Below are positions 8,408 to 17,099 of a DNA stretch of 64,000 nt, in pieces (position 1 is the stretch's first letter; every line of letters begins with the position of its first letter). The notes beneath the pieces are model-generated. The model was not told the DNA's origin and made no database searches. It saw only the letters and a program-made list of their open reading frames with translations. Source of the stretch: an uncultured Verrucomicrobiae bacterium (GTDB lineage: Bacteria; Verrucomicrobiota; Verrucomicrobiia; Chthoniobacterales; Chthoniobacteraceae); the NCBI GenBank assembly GCA_963836755.1, contig CAWIKF010000002.1:1824001-1888000 (forward strand), in the 5' to 3' direction. A program made the translations under genes and the position numbers.

Positions 8408-10023
8408 ACCCGTTCTCTTTATTCGGCCGGTTGCTCGGCATCGGCGGCAACGCTTTTTCCGACACGGTCCTCAGTTCCATCGATCGGGCAAATGTCCGCT
8501 TCATCCTGCCGCTCGATTCCGCGCTTTATCTCACGTCACGCACGCGCCGCGCGATCAATGAAAAAGCGGAATGGATCTGGCAGAATTTCGGCGTGGTGAA
8601 GGAAGGCGTCGCGGGCATCGCGCGGCATACGGTGGGCAAAGGAATCAGCCTTCAAATCGACTCGGCCGATGACGACTGGAACCAGCTCGCGGAAGATGAT
8701 TTTGAAAGCTACGCGCTCACACCGGAGCGATGCGACCTGGCTGGACGGCGCAATTTCTACGAAGCCCAGACCACCGGCGTCGAGCAGCGGATCCTGCGCG
8801 GGGAATTTTTAGCAGCGAAGACAGAAAATCCCGATTGGGCGGCGCGAGCAAAGGACGGGAACCAATATCAGGAGCCTTGTTTCCAGCTCTATGACACCGA
8901 GGAAATTTCGACACCTGGCATGGCTGGCATCACAGAAGGCAAAGTCATCCTGGATGGATGCGAGCTAGATCAAAACTCCCGCGTGACTAACTACCACGTC
9001 CGGAACCTGGACGGAATGACGTGGACTCCGATCCCGCGCGCTCGAATGATTCATTGGTATAAGCCGCACGCGATTAACCAGGTCAGGGGCATCAGCGATC
9101 TTGCACAGGCGGTCAATCCGCTCGTCGACATTCACGAACTGAAGCGGCTGACGACGCGCAGCGCGAAGGCGCAGCAGCTCATCGCGCTGGTTTTAAAAAA
9201 TGTCGCTCGCAAAAAATCGCGCGGCGCATTCGGCGCAGTCAAGGACGCCGCGCCCGGCAGCGACGGCAATCCTGGAACGGATACCGCGCAACTCGAGCAG
9301 CTCGTTGGAGCGGCCGGCGCCGGCATTGCATACGTGGGCGACGATGGCGACGCAAAGCTGATCACGCCGAACTCTCCCACTCCGCTGGTCGAGGGATTCA
9401 TCACCGACTTGTTGATGCGCGACGTGTGCGCCGGCTGGGGCGTGCCTGCTGAATTTTTCTGGAGCATCGCGAAGCTCGGCGGCGCGAACACTCGTTTTAT
9501 TTTGAGCAAGGCGGACCTGCTTTTCCAGGTGCTCGCCGATGGCCTCATCTATCGCTTCTGCACGCCGATCGCGTTTCGCTATCTGCAATATCGCATCCAG
9601 ACCGGCGCGCTGCGTCCATGCAAGGATCCGAATTGGGCGGCGAAAATGTCGTGGCAAACGCCGCCGCGCGTGACGGTCGATAACGGCAACGAGAACAAGA
9701 TGCTCATCGAGCTGCTCGCGAACGGCATGATCACGCTGCGCGAGTTCTGCAACGCACGCGGCCTCAACTATCGCCACACCATGCGCCAATGGATCCGCGA
9801 GCCCATCGAGTTCCTAAAGATCGCGAAACAGGAATTGGCTGACAGCGGCCTTGATCCCGCGATGACCGACAAAGTCTTGATGCGATGGGTCGCGAACATG
9901 CCGCTCTGGCGCGCATCGAAGCCTGGCACTGAAGCGCAGAGCGGGCAGGAAACCGACCCGACGACTGCAAACCCCGACGAGGAAGAAGAAGATGACGACG
10001 ACAAAAAAAAGAAAGCTGCGTAG
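8404..10023 (+). CDS. Portal protein, lambda family
   Basis: CDLAGR.NFY, GEFL, DGCELD, QVRGIS motifs; ~540 aa; position after terminase. Confidence 0.9.
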   Translation: MNPFSLFGRLLGIGGNAFSDTVLSSIDRANVRFILPLDSALYLTSRTRRAINEKAEWIWQNFGVVKEGVAGIARHTVGKGISLQIDSADDDWNQLAEDDFESYALTPERCDLAGRRNFYEAQTTGVEQRILRGEFLAAKTENPDWAARAKDGNQYQEPCFQLYDTEEISTPGMAGITEGKVILDGCELDQNSRVTNYHVRNLDGMTWTPIPRARMIHWYKPHAINQVRGISDLAQAVNPLVDIHELKRLTTRSAKAQQLIALVLKNVARKKSRGAFGAVKDAAPGSDGNPGTDTAQLEQLVGAAGAGIAYVGDDGDAKLITPNSPTPLVEGFITDLLMRDVCAGWGVPAEFFWSIAKLGGANTRFILSKADLLFQVLADGLIYRFCTPIAFRYLQYRIQTGALRPCKDPNWAAKMSWQTPPRVTVDNGNENKMLIELLANGMITLREFCNARGLNYRHTMRQWIREPIEFLKIAKQELADSGLDPAMTDKVLMRWVANMPLWRASKPGTEAQSGQETDPTTANPDEEEEDDDDKKKKAA

Positions 10024-10071
10024 GCCATTTTTCCCGCGCACCGAAACCGACGAACCCGAGAGCTTCATCCC

Positions 10072-10923
10072 ATGAAACTGCCTGATTTTCTTTTTGCGGA
10101 CCCGATCGGTTTTTACGCACCTGGTCTAGCGGCCTGGATGATGCGCCATCAGCAGCTGGCGGAAAAAATGAACGTCGCGCTGATGACCGGCGAGAAGCAG
10201 CTTTCGATTTCCGATTTCGTGAATGCGCGTCGGCCGTATGCGGTGGATGGCAATGGTATCGCCACGATCCACGCAAACGAAGCGCTCAGCCGCACCGCTA
10301 CGAACGTGGACAAGCTCTTTGGCGATACGCATTACAATGATTTGATCGAGGAGCTCGACCAGGCCACGAGCGATGATCAGGTGAGGGGAATCCTGCTCGA
10401 TGTTTCGTCCCCAGGCGGCAGCGCGATCGGCGCTCCCGAGGCAGCGCAAGCGGTGCTCGATGCGCGGCAGGAAAAACCGATCGTCGCTTATGTCGAAACG
10501 GTGGGAGCTAGCGCCGCCTATTATTTCATGAGCGCGGCGAATGCGATTGTCGTGAGCCCTAGTTCAGTCGTCGGCTCGATCGGCACGATCGCCACATTCT
10601 TCAATCTCGCCGGCATGCTGCAGCGATTCGGCGTGGACGTGAAAATCATCACGCCGGCAGCCGCCGATTTGAAAGCGAGCGGAAATCCATTTCGCGAGAT
10701 GACGCGCGCGGAGGAGGATTTTTTGCAGCAGCGCATCGAGTCGATTAACGCAAGTTTTACAAATTGGGTATCGCAGAATCGCACAGCCGTTGGCGCGGAT
10801 GCGATGCGCGGCAATTACTTCAGCGGCACCGATGCCGTCTCGAACGGACTGGTCGATCAAACCGGCAGCCGGCAGGACGCGCTCGATGCGCTGGAAGCGC
10901 TGATCCAATACTCATCGCGTTGA
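10072..10923 (+). CDS. S49 family prohead protease (lambda gpC-like)
   Basis: LLDVSSPGGS, ASAAYY, VGSIG, K.SGNPF. Confidence 0.9.
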   Translation: MKLPDFLFADPIGFYAPGLAAWMMRHQQLAEKMNVALMTGEKQLSISDFVNARRPYAVDGNGIATIHANEALSRTATNVDKLFGDTHYNDLIEELDQATSDDQVRGILLDVSSPGGSAIGAPEAAQAVLDARQEKPIVAYVETVGASAAYYFMSAANAIVVSPSSVVGSIGTIATFFNLAGMLQRFGVDVKIITPAAADLKASGNPFREMTRAEEDFLQQRIESINASFTNWVSQNRTAVGADAMRGNYFSGTDAVSNGLVDQTGSRQDALDALEALIQYSSR

Positions 10924-10939
10924 CAGCGCACGGCGGAAT

Positions 10940-11476
10940 ATGTTCCAGCGCCATTTTCAATGCGGCAATTCCTTTTCCCGTTTCTTTTTTGATTCCGAAA
11001 AGGGCGGCAAATCCGGTTCCCAAGCAGCTCCCACCGTCGCGGACCTCACGCAAAAGGTGACGGATCTGGAAGCGCAAAAAACGCGCCTCGAGGGTGAACT
11101 GCAAACCGCGAAGGACGCGACGGCTGCCGAGACTTTGAAGGTCACGAATCTCACGGCCGACAAAACGCGCCTCGAGGGTGAGCTGCAGACGGCGAAAGAC
11201 GCGACGGCTGCCGAGACCTTGAAAGTCACCGATCTCACTGCCGAAAAAACTCGGCTCGAAGGCGAACTCCAGACGTCCAAAGCGGCGAAGGATAAAGCGG
11301 AGGCCGATTTAAAAACGGCCGACGATCGCGCCGAGACCAAACTCTACGAAATCAGCGCGCGCAATGGCGGCACACTCCCGCCGAAGAAGGCCGGCGCCGG
11401 CGACCACACCCAGGACCAAACCAAGTCCGACGCGACCCCGCGTCAAAAGCTCGCCGGCATTTTCAAAGTCGCCTGA
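10940..11476 (+). CDS. Probable scaffolding protein with about three 28-aa coiled-coil repeats
   Basis: KVT.L.A.KTRLEGELQTAKDATAAETL with 84-bp period; between protease and capsid. Confidence 0.7.
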   Translation: MFQRHFQCGNSFSRFFFDSEKGGKSGSQAAPTVADLTQKVTDLEAQKTRLEGELQTAKDATAAETLKVTNLTADKTRLEGELQTAKDATAAETLKVTDLTAEKTRLEGELQTSKAAKDKAEADLKTADDRAETKLYEISARNGGTLPPKKAGAGDHTQDQTKSDATPRQKLAGIFKVA

Positions 11477-11535
11477 TTTGACACCTCCGCGCTCACAAGA
11501 AATTCCGCTTCTAACAATTATTTAAACAAACGATT

Positions 11536-12537
11536 ATGGCTTCCGGCAAATACACACTCCTCGATCTCGCAGCACGTTCCGGCAAAGGCATCCACGCCCT
11601 CATGGAAGGCGTTCTCACCTACGCTCCCGAGCTAATGGTGATGCCGACTTTTCCCCGTGCCGGCATCGAATACTCGACGCTCACTCGCACCGAACTGCCA
11701 AGCGGCGATTTTCGCATGGTCGGCGGCGGCACGCCATTGAGCAAAAGCGCATGGAAGCGGGAAACCGGTTCGATGGCGCTCTTTGATGCACAGATGCAGG
11801 TGGCCGAGGACATCGTTGTCGCTGCACGGTCGCAAGACCCGGAACTCATCACTGAGGACATTCTCGCTGACGAAGCGATCAGCTACGTCAAAGGATCCGC
11901 GAATCGCATTGGCAGCCAGGCATGGTATGGCAAGGCGATTTCCAACAACGGTTTTGCCGGACTTTCGACCCAGGTCGATACCGCGAACAACGAGGTCAAC
12001 GCTGGCGGCAGCGCAACTGCTGACTCGAGCTCAGCTTATCTCGTTTTTCTTGATGACAACGCGGTGAATCCGCAGGGCGTCCATTTCCTTCTCGGCAACG
12101 GCGGCCGCATGACGATGGGCGATATGTGGGGCAAGCAGCAGGTGAAAGTGGCAAATTCGAATCCAGAAGCCTACTTCACCGCTTTCACGAATAATTTCCT
12201 CGCGTATCTCGGCTTCTGTGTGGCGCGGCCGCAGGCGGTCTATCGCGTGAAAAATATCACTGCCGCGTTTCCGTTCACTGACGGGTTGGCGGCCCAGCTC
12301 TGGGCGAAAGTGCCGATCGTTCTGCGCCAGGACAAGAGCAAGTGGATGTGGTTCATGAACAGCATTCCGCAACTCACGCTGCAAGCCAGCCGTGCGACAG
12401 TCAACGTCGCGACAGACGGCAAAAAAGGTGTCAGCGGCTCGGGTGTGTATCCCGATCTTCCGGATAGCTGCCTCGGCATTCCGATCCAGCTCACCGATTC
12501 GCTGCTTTCGACCGAGCGCGCCGGCCTGCATCAGTAA
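11536..12537 (+). CDS. Major capsid protein (epsilon15 gp7 / BPP-1-like)
   Basis: 333 aa; TLLDLA start, RTELPSGDFR...G.PLSKS, GFAGLS, terminal GIPIQLTDSLLSTE. Confidence 0.75.
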   Translation: MASGKYTLLDLAARSGKGIHALMEGVLTYAPELMVMPTFPRAGIEYSTLTRTELPSGDFRMVGGGTPLSKSAWKRETGSMALFDAQMQVAEDIVVAARSQDPELITEDILADEAISYVKGSANRIGSQAWYGKAISNNGFAGLSTQVDTANNEVNAGGSATADSSSAYLVFLDDNAVNPQGVHFLLGNGGRMTMGDMWGKQQVKVANSNPEAYFTAFTNNFLAYLGFCVARPQAVYRVKNITAAFPFTDGLAAQLWAKVPIVLRQDKSKWMWFMNSIPQLTLQASRATVNVATDGKKGVSGSGVYPDLPDSCLGIPIQLTDSLLSTERAGLHQ

Positions 12538-12589
12538 GCGTGCGTCTCTCACAAATGCGTCTCTCACAAAGTTAAACAATCGTAAAATT

Positions 12590-13222
12590 ATGAAATTCAA
12601 ATCTCTCATCCTGACTGCGGCGGTCCTCGGCATCACCGTGTTCACTCACGCCGCGACCGCGGTCGAGAAAGTCCAAGCCGTCGAAAAAACGGGCGCGTTC
12701 TCCAAGGGAATTTCCGAGGGCCTTGCGCATCCGGATCTTCCTCAGCTCCGCTCGACTTCTTCGTGCGATGTGGTGACTCACTGGTTGCTGCTTTTCAGCG
12801 CGCCATTCTGCATCGGCATGTTGAACGTGCGCACACTTCAGGATTTGAATTTGCAGGTTACGACCGCTTTGCCGGCCGCGAATGCAAACAACAATTCCGC
12901 GAGCATCGACACGGCCGAGGTCAATCCTGGTCGAGTGCCTGGCGTGGAGCTGCTCATGAGCATGCCCGCGACGCCGAGCCTGGTCGACGCGAAGACGATC
13001 ACGCTCACGCTTCAGGACTCAGCCGATAACGCGACGTTTAACAATGTTGTGGACGTTCCCGCACAGGTCGTCACCGGCGCCGGTGGAGTAGGCGCTGCTG
13101 CGCTCAGCTACCAGTTCAAGCTTCCGATCGGGCTGCGCCGTTACGTGCGCCTGAATGCGGCCGTGCTCGCTGCAGGCGGCGACAACACCGCGATCAGCAC
13201 CACGCTGGCTTTCGTTTTTTAA
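12590..13222 (+). CDS. Capsid cement/decoration protein (Bbp16-like) with hydrophobic N-terminal extension; alternative start at 12818
   Basis: TLQDSADNATF...LP.GLRRYVRLN beta-rich domain right after the capsid gene. Confidence 0.6.
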   Translation: MKFKSLILTAAVLGITVFTHAATAVEKVQAVEKTGAFSKGISEGLAHPDLPQLRSTSSCDVVTHWLLLFSAPFCIGMLNVRTLQDLNLQVTTALPAANANNNSASIDTAEVNPGRVPGVELLMSMPATPSLVDAKTITLTLQDSADNATFNNVVDVPAQVVTGAGGVGAAALSYQFKLPIGLRRYVRLNAAVLAAGGDNTAISTTLAFVF

Positions 13223-13284
13223 AAAGAGTCCCCGCGACTCTGTGCGTGCACCGAGCCGGGGAGACCACTTTCTTGCATGGTTGG

Positions 13285-13324
13285 GAAAGGCCGCTAGCCG
13301 AAAGGCAGCGGCCTTTCTTTTTTT
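13285..13324 (+). terminator. Intrinsic terminator after the head genes
   Basis: gaaaggccgct...agcggcctttc followed by a T-run. Confidence 0.75.
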
Positions 13325-13341
13325 GACAAACGAGCAGGCGC

Positions 13342-13695
13342 ATGGACCTCAACAACGTCGCCCGCAAAGCCGCTTCCCTCGATGCAGCCATCAAGCTCAA
13401 TACGAAGGAGCTCGCGAAGCTTAAGAAACAACTCATTGCCGGAGGCGAAGCGGATTATGGCTGCGTCCAGGTCATTTTTCCCGCGCCCTCGATCAAACCG
13501 GCCGATGAAGTAATCGACGAGCTGAAGGAGAATCTGCCGCGCGAGCAATTCATAAAACTTTTTGAAACCGTCACCGTCTTCAAGCCCGTGAAAGCGTTTC
13601 GCGAAGTGCTGGCCGCGATCTGTGCGCCGAAAGTTTGCCGGACCGTGCTGGCGCAAGTGCAGTGCGAGAGCACGCCGCGCGTGGTCTTTAAATGA
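13342..13695 (+). CDS. Hypothetical phage protein
   Basis: 117-aa ORF, TTGACA-N13-ATG. Confidence 0.6.
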   Translation: MDLNNVARKAASLDAAIKLNTKELAKLKKQLIAGGEADYGCVQVIFPAPSIKPADEVIDELKENLPREQFIKLFETVTVFKPVKAFREVLAAICAPKVCRTVLAQVQCESTPRVVFK

Positions 13696-13949
13696 TCATT
13701 CTCGTGTCCGATCCGCTCGTTGCCGAATCGCTGCGCGCGAAGCTCGAGCTGCTCGAGCAAAAGCGCTCTGAAGCGCGTCGCGCATTGAACCGCTACGCAC
13801 CACTCCTGCGCCGGAGCGAGCAACACGAGGAGTTCAACGCAAAATTTGCGCGCGACCTGGTGGACGCGCAGCTCGATTACGAGCAGGCGATGGTTGAACT
13901 CGACGCCGTGCTGAATGCCGTCGGCTGGGAGGCCGCGCACGCACAATGA
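13692..13949 (+). CDS. Hypothetical coiled-coil phage protein
   Basis: 85-aa ORF with ATGA overlaps at both ends. Confidence 0.55.
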   Translation: MIILVSDPLVAESLRAKLELLEQKRSEARRALNRYAPLLRRSEQHEEFNAKFARDLVDAQLDYEQAMVELDAVLNAVGWEAAHAQ

Positions 13950-14263
13950 GCAGACTCGGCGACGGCACGCTTGCCGTGTTTAACAGAATGCTAGAATTGG
14001 GGCAGGGGACGGAGCTGCAGTTCAACGGCCTGTGCGCTCAGTGCGTGGCCAGCGGGTTCAAGACGACGCGCAAGGCAAAGTCGGCCGGCCGCGAGATCGA
14101 TTACGGAAATCCGTCGCTGATTTTGTTGGAGAGCGAGCGAAAGCGCCTCTGCATCGAGGATCACGTGAAGGTTAAAGTTTACGACCTTCAGCTGAAAGTC
14201 ATCGAGATCGATTCCCATCCCGCCAGTCCGCTCACGAAGCTGCACCTTCAATACCAACCATAG
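13946..14263 (+). CDS. Probable head closure / head-tail adaptor
   Basis: 105 aa, beta-rich, position between head and tail genes. Confidence 0.45.
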   Translation: MSRLGDGTLAVFNRMLELGQGTELQFNGLCAQCVASGFKTTRKAKSAGREIDYGNPSLILLESERKRLCIEDHVKVKVYDLQLKVIEIDSHPASPLTKLHLQYQP

Positions 14264-14266
14264 CCC

Positions 14267-14770
14267 ATGGCAACTCGTCCCGCTCCCAGCATTGAAAGCC
14301 TGCTCGCTTACGAAACCGCAATCGAAGACGCATGGCAATCAATCCAGAAAAACGCCGGCATCGATGCGCGCGTGGAATTTAGCGACGCGCCCATTGTAAC
14401 ACCGCGCTCGGACATCAATCTTTTCAACGTCGTGCCGAACGACGGGAACGGGAACGAGCACTACAAGACTTTCCCCGATGGACGGATGTTATACGATGTG
14501 TTCTCCGGCATCCTGGTCTCGAAGATCGTGACCACGCGCGGCGAAAATTCCAGCCAGCACAATGCGATGCTCGGCCGCGTGAGGCTCTGCGCTTTCAATT
14601 TTCGGAAATTGTTCACTGCCGCGAATCTCCCTTTCCACACGGTGCGGAACATGAAAGAGGAGCAAAAAATCAGCGTGACGGATTCGGACCGGGACTTGGA
14701 CTTGAGCGAGCTGCATCATCGGATTGTTTTCTCGATCGACGAGAACGCCTGGCCCGCGCTGCTTCCTTAG
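14267..14770 (+). CDS. Probable tail terminator/completion protein
   Basis: 167 aa, alpha/beta pattern, position before the tube candidate. Confidence 0.4.
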   Translation: MATRPAPSIESLLAYETAIEDAWQSIQKNAGIDARVEFSDAPIVTPRSDINLFNVVPNDGNGNEHYKTFPDGRMLYDVFSGILVSKIVTTRGENSSQHNAMLGRVRLCAFNFRKLFTAANLPFHTVRNMKEEQKISVTDSDRDLDLSELHHRIVFSIDENAWPALLP

Positions 14771-14801
14771 CGGCGATGCGTTGACAAGGCGGCGGGTCTT
14801 T

Positions 14802-14999
14802 ATGGCGAACGTTGAACTCTCCAATATCCATGCTCGCCTCACGCGCGAGGTAAAACAGCTCGACAGCGAGATCGCGGCGCTCACGACGCAGCGCACCGAA
14901 AAGGCCGCTGCGGCGGAGGCTCTCAAGGATCACGCAGCGCCAGCCGCCACGCCCGCGCCGTCTGCCGCGCCCGCGCCGGCCACAACCGACAAAAAGTAA
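14802..14999 (+). CDS. Small Ala/Pro-rich phage protein
   Basis: MANVELSNI... preceded by TTGACA-N15. Confidence 0.55.
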   Translation: MANVELSNIHARLTREVKQLDSEIAALTTQRTEKAAAAEALKDHAAPAATPAPSAAPAPATTDKK

Positions 15000-15004
15000 T
15001 CTCC

Positions 15005-15550
15005 ATGAAAACACTCCTTCGCATTTTCATCGCATTTCTTTTGCCGCTGGCGCTGTTCGCACTCTGCGCCGGCTCGCTGCAGCCGCAGGCTTACAAAATC
15101 GCTGCTTTGCTGCTCATGGCCTGGTTCGTGGTTTTGCTCGCACCGAAGTTTTTCGGACTCCGTTTTCTCGCCGGCATCCTCGGCACCGATCCTGCCGGCA
15201 CGCTGCTCGACAACGTCGCGCAATACGGTTCGCAGACGGTGACCTACAGCTCGAAAGTTTACGTGGTGGAAAAATTCACGCCGAAACGCAGCACTGCGCG
15301 CGTTGTGCAAAAAAACCAATTCGGCGTGCCGAGCGGCAAAACGCTGACGAAGGATCTTGAGACAGCGACCGTGACGGTGCAGCTGCCGGATTCCTCGGCG
15401 GTGGCGTGGCCACTCTTCGCGGAAATCTCGCTCGTGCCGGAAGGCGGCGGCAGCGCGAAGGTTTTCCACGTGGAGGAAAACAGCCCTCTGTTCGAGCAAA
15501 ACGGCATCACGAAATTCACCGCGAACCTGAGCGAGAAGCTCGGCTCGTAA
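15005..15550 (+). CDS. Probable tail tube protein with two N-terminal hydrophobic helices
   Basis: ~120-aa beta-rich domain after a ~55-aa hydrophobic leader; position before chaperone and tape measure. Confidence 0.45.
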   Translation: MKTLLRIFIAFLLPLALFALCAGSLQPQAYKIAALLLMAWFVVLLAPKFFGLRFLAGILGTDPAGTLLDNVAQYGSQTVTYSSKVYVVEKFTPKRSTARVVQKNQFGVPSGKTLTKDLETATVTVQLPDSSAVAWPLFAEISLVPEGGGSAKVFHVEENSPLFEQNGITKFTANLSEKLGS

Positions 15551-15578
15551 AAGCGCGCCCTTTGGCGCTTCACGCCAA

Positions 15579-16253
15579 ATGGAGCTCGCAAAAATCCCCG
15601 GTTACAACGAAGCGATCGCGGATGCCGCTGCCGAGGAAATGCGGTTGCGCGACCGCGCATTTCTCGACTTGCCGGAGCAGATCTGCGGCATCCAGGTGCG
15701 GCCGCTGACGCCACGCCTCTGCGGAATTCTTTTTTCCATCAAGAACCCGCTGCTTTGCGGTGGCAAGTGGAACCCGGTTTCCGAAAGCGAACAAATCCTG
15801 ATGTTCCTCTGGGTCGTGAGTCCTCGGTTTTCGCGATCTGACGATGCGGCTCGCATCGCCTTCATTGCTGAGCATTCGCTGCAATTGAAACTCCCCGACG
15901 CGCTGAATGAGACCTATGCTTTTCTCGACCGCATGCTTTTCGACGCGCCGCCTGGTGCGCGGCAAAAAAACGCCGTCGTCAATACGAGCTGGATCGCGTC
16001 GCTCAATCATCGCATCGCGGAAAAATACGGCTGGCAGGATGAAGTCCTCGATGCGCACGGCGAGCCGGTGATCGGCGCCGGCATCATGGACAAACCGCTA
16101 CCGCGGCTGTTCCAATATCTGCGCGAGATCCAGGCCGATGGCGGTAGCATGCCGGCGTTCAACCCGCTCCAGGACAAGGCGACTCAGCGCATCGTGCGTG
16201 AGTGGCATGCCGCGGAAATGGCGAAAAAAGAGGAGGACGCGCCGTGCAACTGA
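15579..16253 (+). CDS. Probable tail assembly chaperone
   Basis: VRPLT motif, helical, position after the tube candidate. Confidence 0.45.
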   Translation: MELAKIPGYNEAIADAAAEEMRLRDRAFLDLPEQICGIQVRPLTPRLCGILFSIKNPLLCGGKWNPVSESEQILMFLWVVSPRFSRSDDAARIAFIAEHSLQLKLPDALNETYAFLDRMLFDAPPGARQKNAVVNTSWIASLNHRIAEKYGWQDEVLDAHGEPVIGAGIMDKPLPRLFQYLREIQADGGSMPAFNPLQDKATQRIVREWHAAEMAKKEEDAPCN

Positions 16254-17095
16254 ACGTCCGCACTGAGTTTTCACAGCTGCGTCAAAAAATGATCGCGCTG
16301 CGCGTAGGCGTGCAAAAAAGCATCCCGGAATTGCTTCTGCAGGAAGGGCGCCTGGCCGCGATCTCGATGTCGAAAAGCACGGTTCCGTATGGCACCGGCA
16401 TCGACGCGAAGACGCAAGGCGAGGTCGCCGTTCGCGTCGACATTTTCAAGGTCTATTGGACGCCCGGGATGGTCTTCAAAGTCATCGCCGCGAACAGCGG
16501 GCTTTATAGCGAAGCGGACGCTTTCATCGCCGCGTGCGAGGGAGCGGCCGCGCGTGGACGTGGCAAAAAGAAAGGCAAATCACGCCAGGATTCTCTGGCG
16601 GTCGCCACAGGAATCCTGAAGCGCTGGGGAGGTCCGCTGCGCAATGTGCCGCTGCGCAATTTCGACAATGGAGACGCGCATCGAAATGCGCGCAATTCGC
16701 GCGGCCGTGTGACACAGCGCACTCCTTCTATGATCGTGCTCGATCCGGACAAGTTGAAAGACTACATCGCGCGCGAGCAGGCGCAGGTTGGCTTTGGCAA
16801 AAGCGCGTGGGCTGAGGCCGCGCAACGGCTCGGCGGCACCCGCGGGCTTCGCGGAAAAGGCGACATCACCGCAAACTGGATCTTGCGCCATCATGCGCCG
16901 TCGATCGTCAGCACGTCGCGGCTTTCGGATCCTGACCACCCATCACTGACGATCGGGAGCAACGTCCGCTACGCAGCCCAGATTCTCCAGCCCGGCGCGA
17001 AGAACGAAGCGGTGCGAATCGCGAAAGAACGGTTGTTAAAACAAATCAAAAGCGCCGCACGCGCGGAGGCTCGGCGCCTCAAGATGGCCGCGTAA
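16244..17095 (+). CDS. Basic tail completion/neck-type protein
   Basis: GTG start after AGGAGG; Arg/Lys-rich; directly before the tape measure gene. Confidence 0.45.
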   Translation: MQLNVRTEFSQLRQKMIALRVGVQKSIPELLLQEGRLAAISMSKSTVPYGTGIDAKTQGEVAVRVDIFKVYWTPGMVFKVIAANSGLYSEADAFIAACEGAAARGRGKKKGKSRQDSLAVATGILKRWGGPLRNVPLRNFDNGDAHRNARNSRGRVTQRTPSMIVLDPDKLKDYIAREQAQVGFGKSAWAEAAQRLGGTRGLRGKGDITANWILRHHAPSIVSTSRLSDPDHPSLTIGSNVRYAAQILQPGAKNEAVRIAKERLLKQIKSAARAEARRLKMAA

Positions 17096-17099
17096 AACC

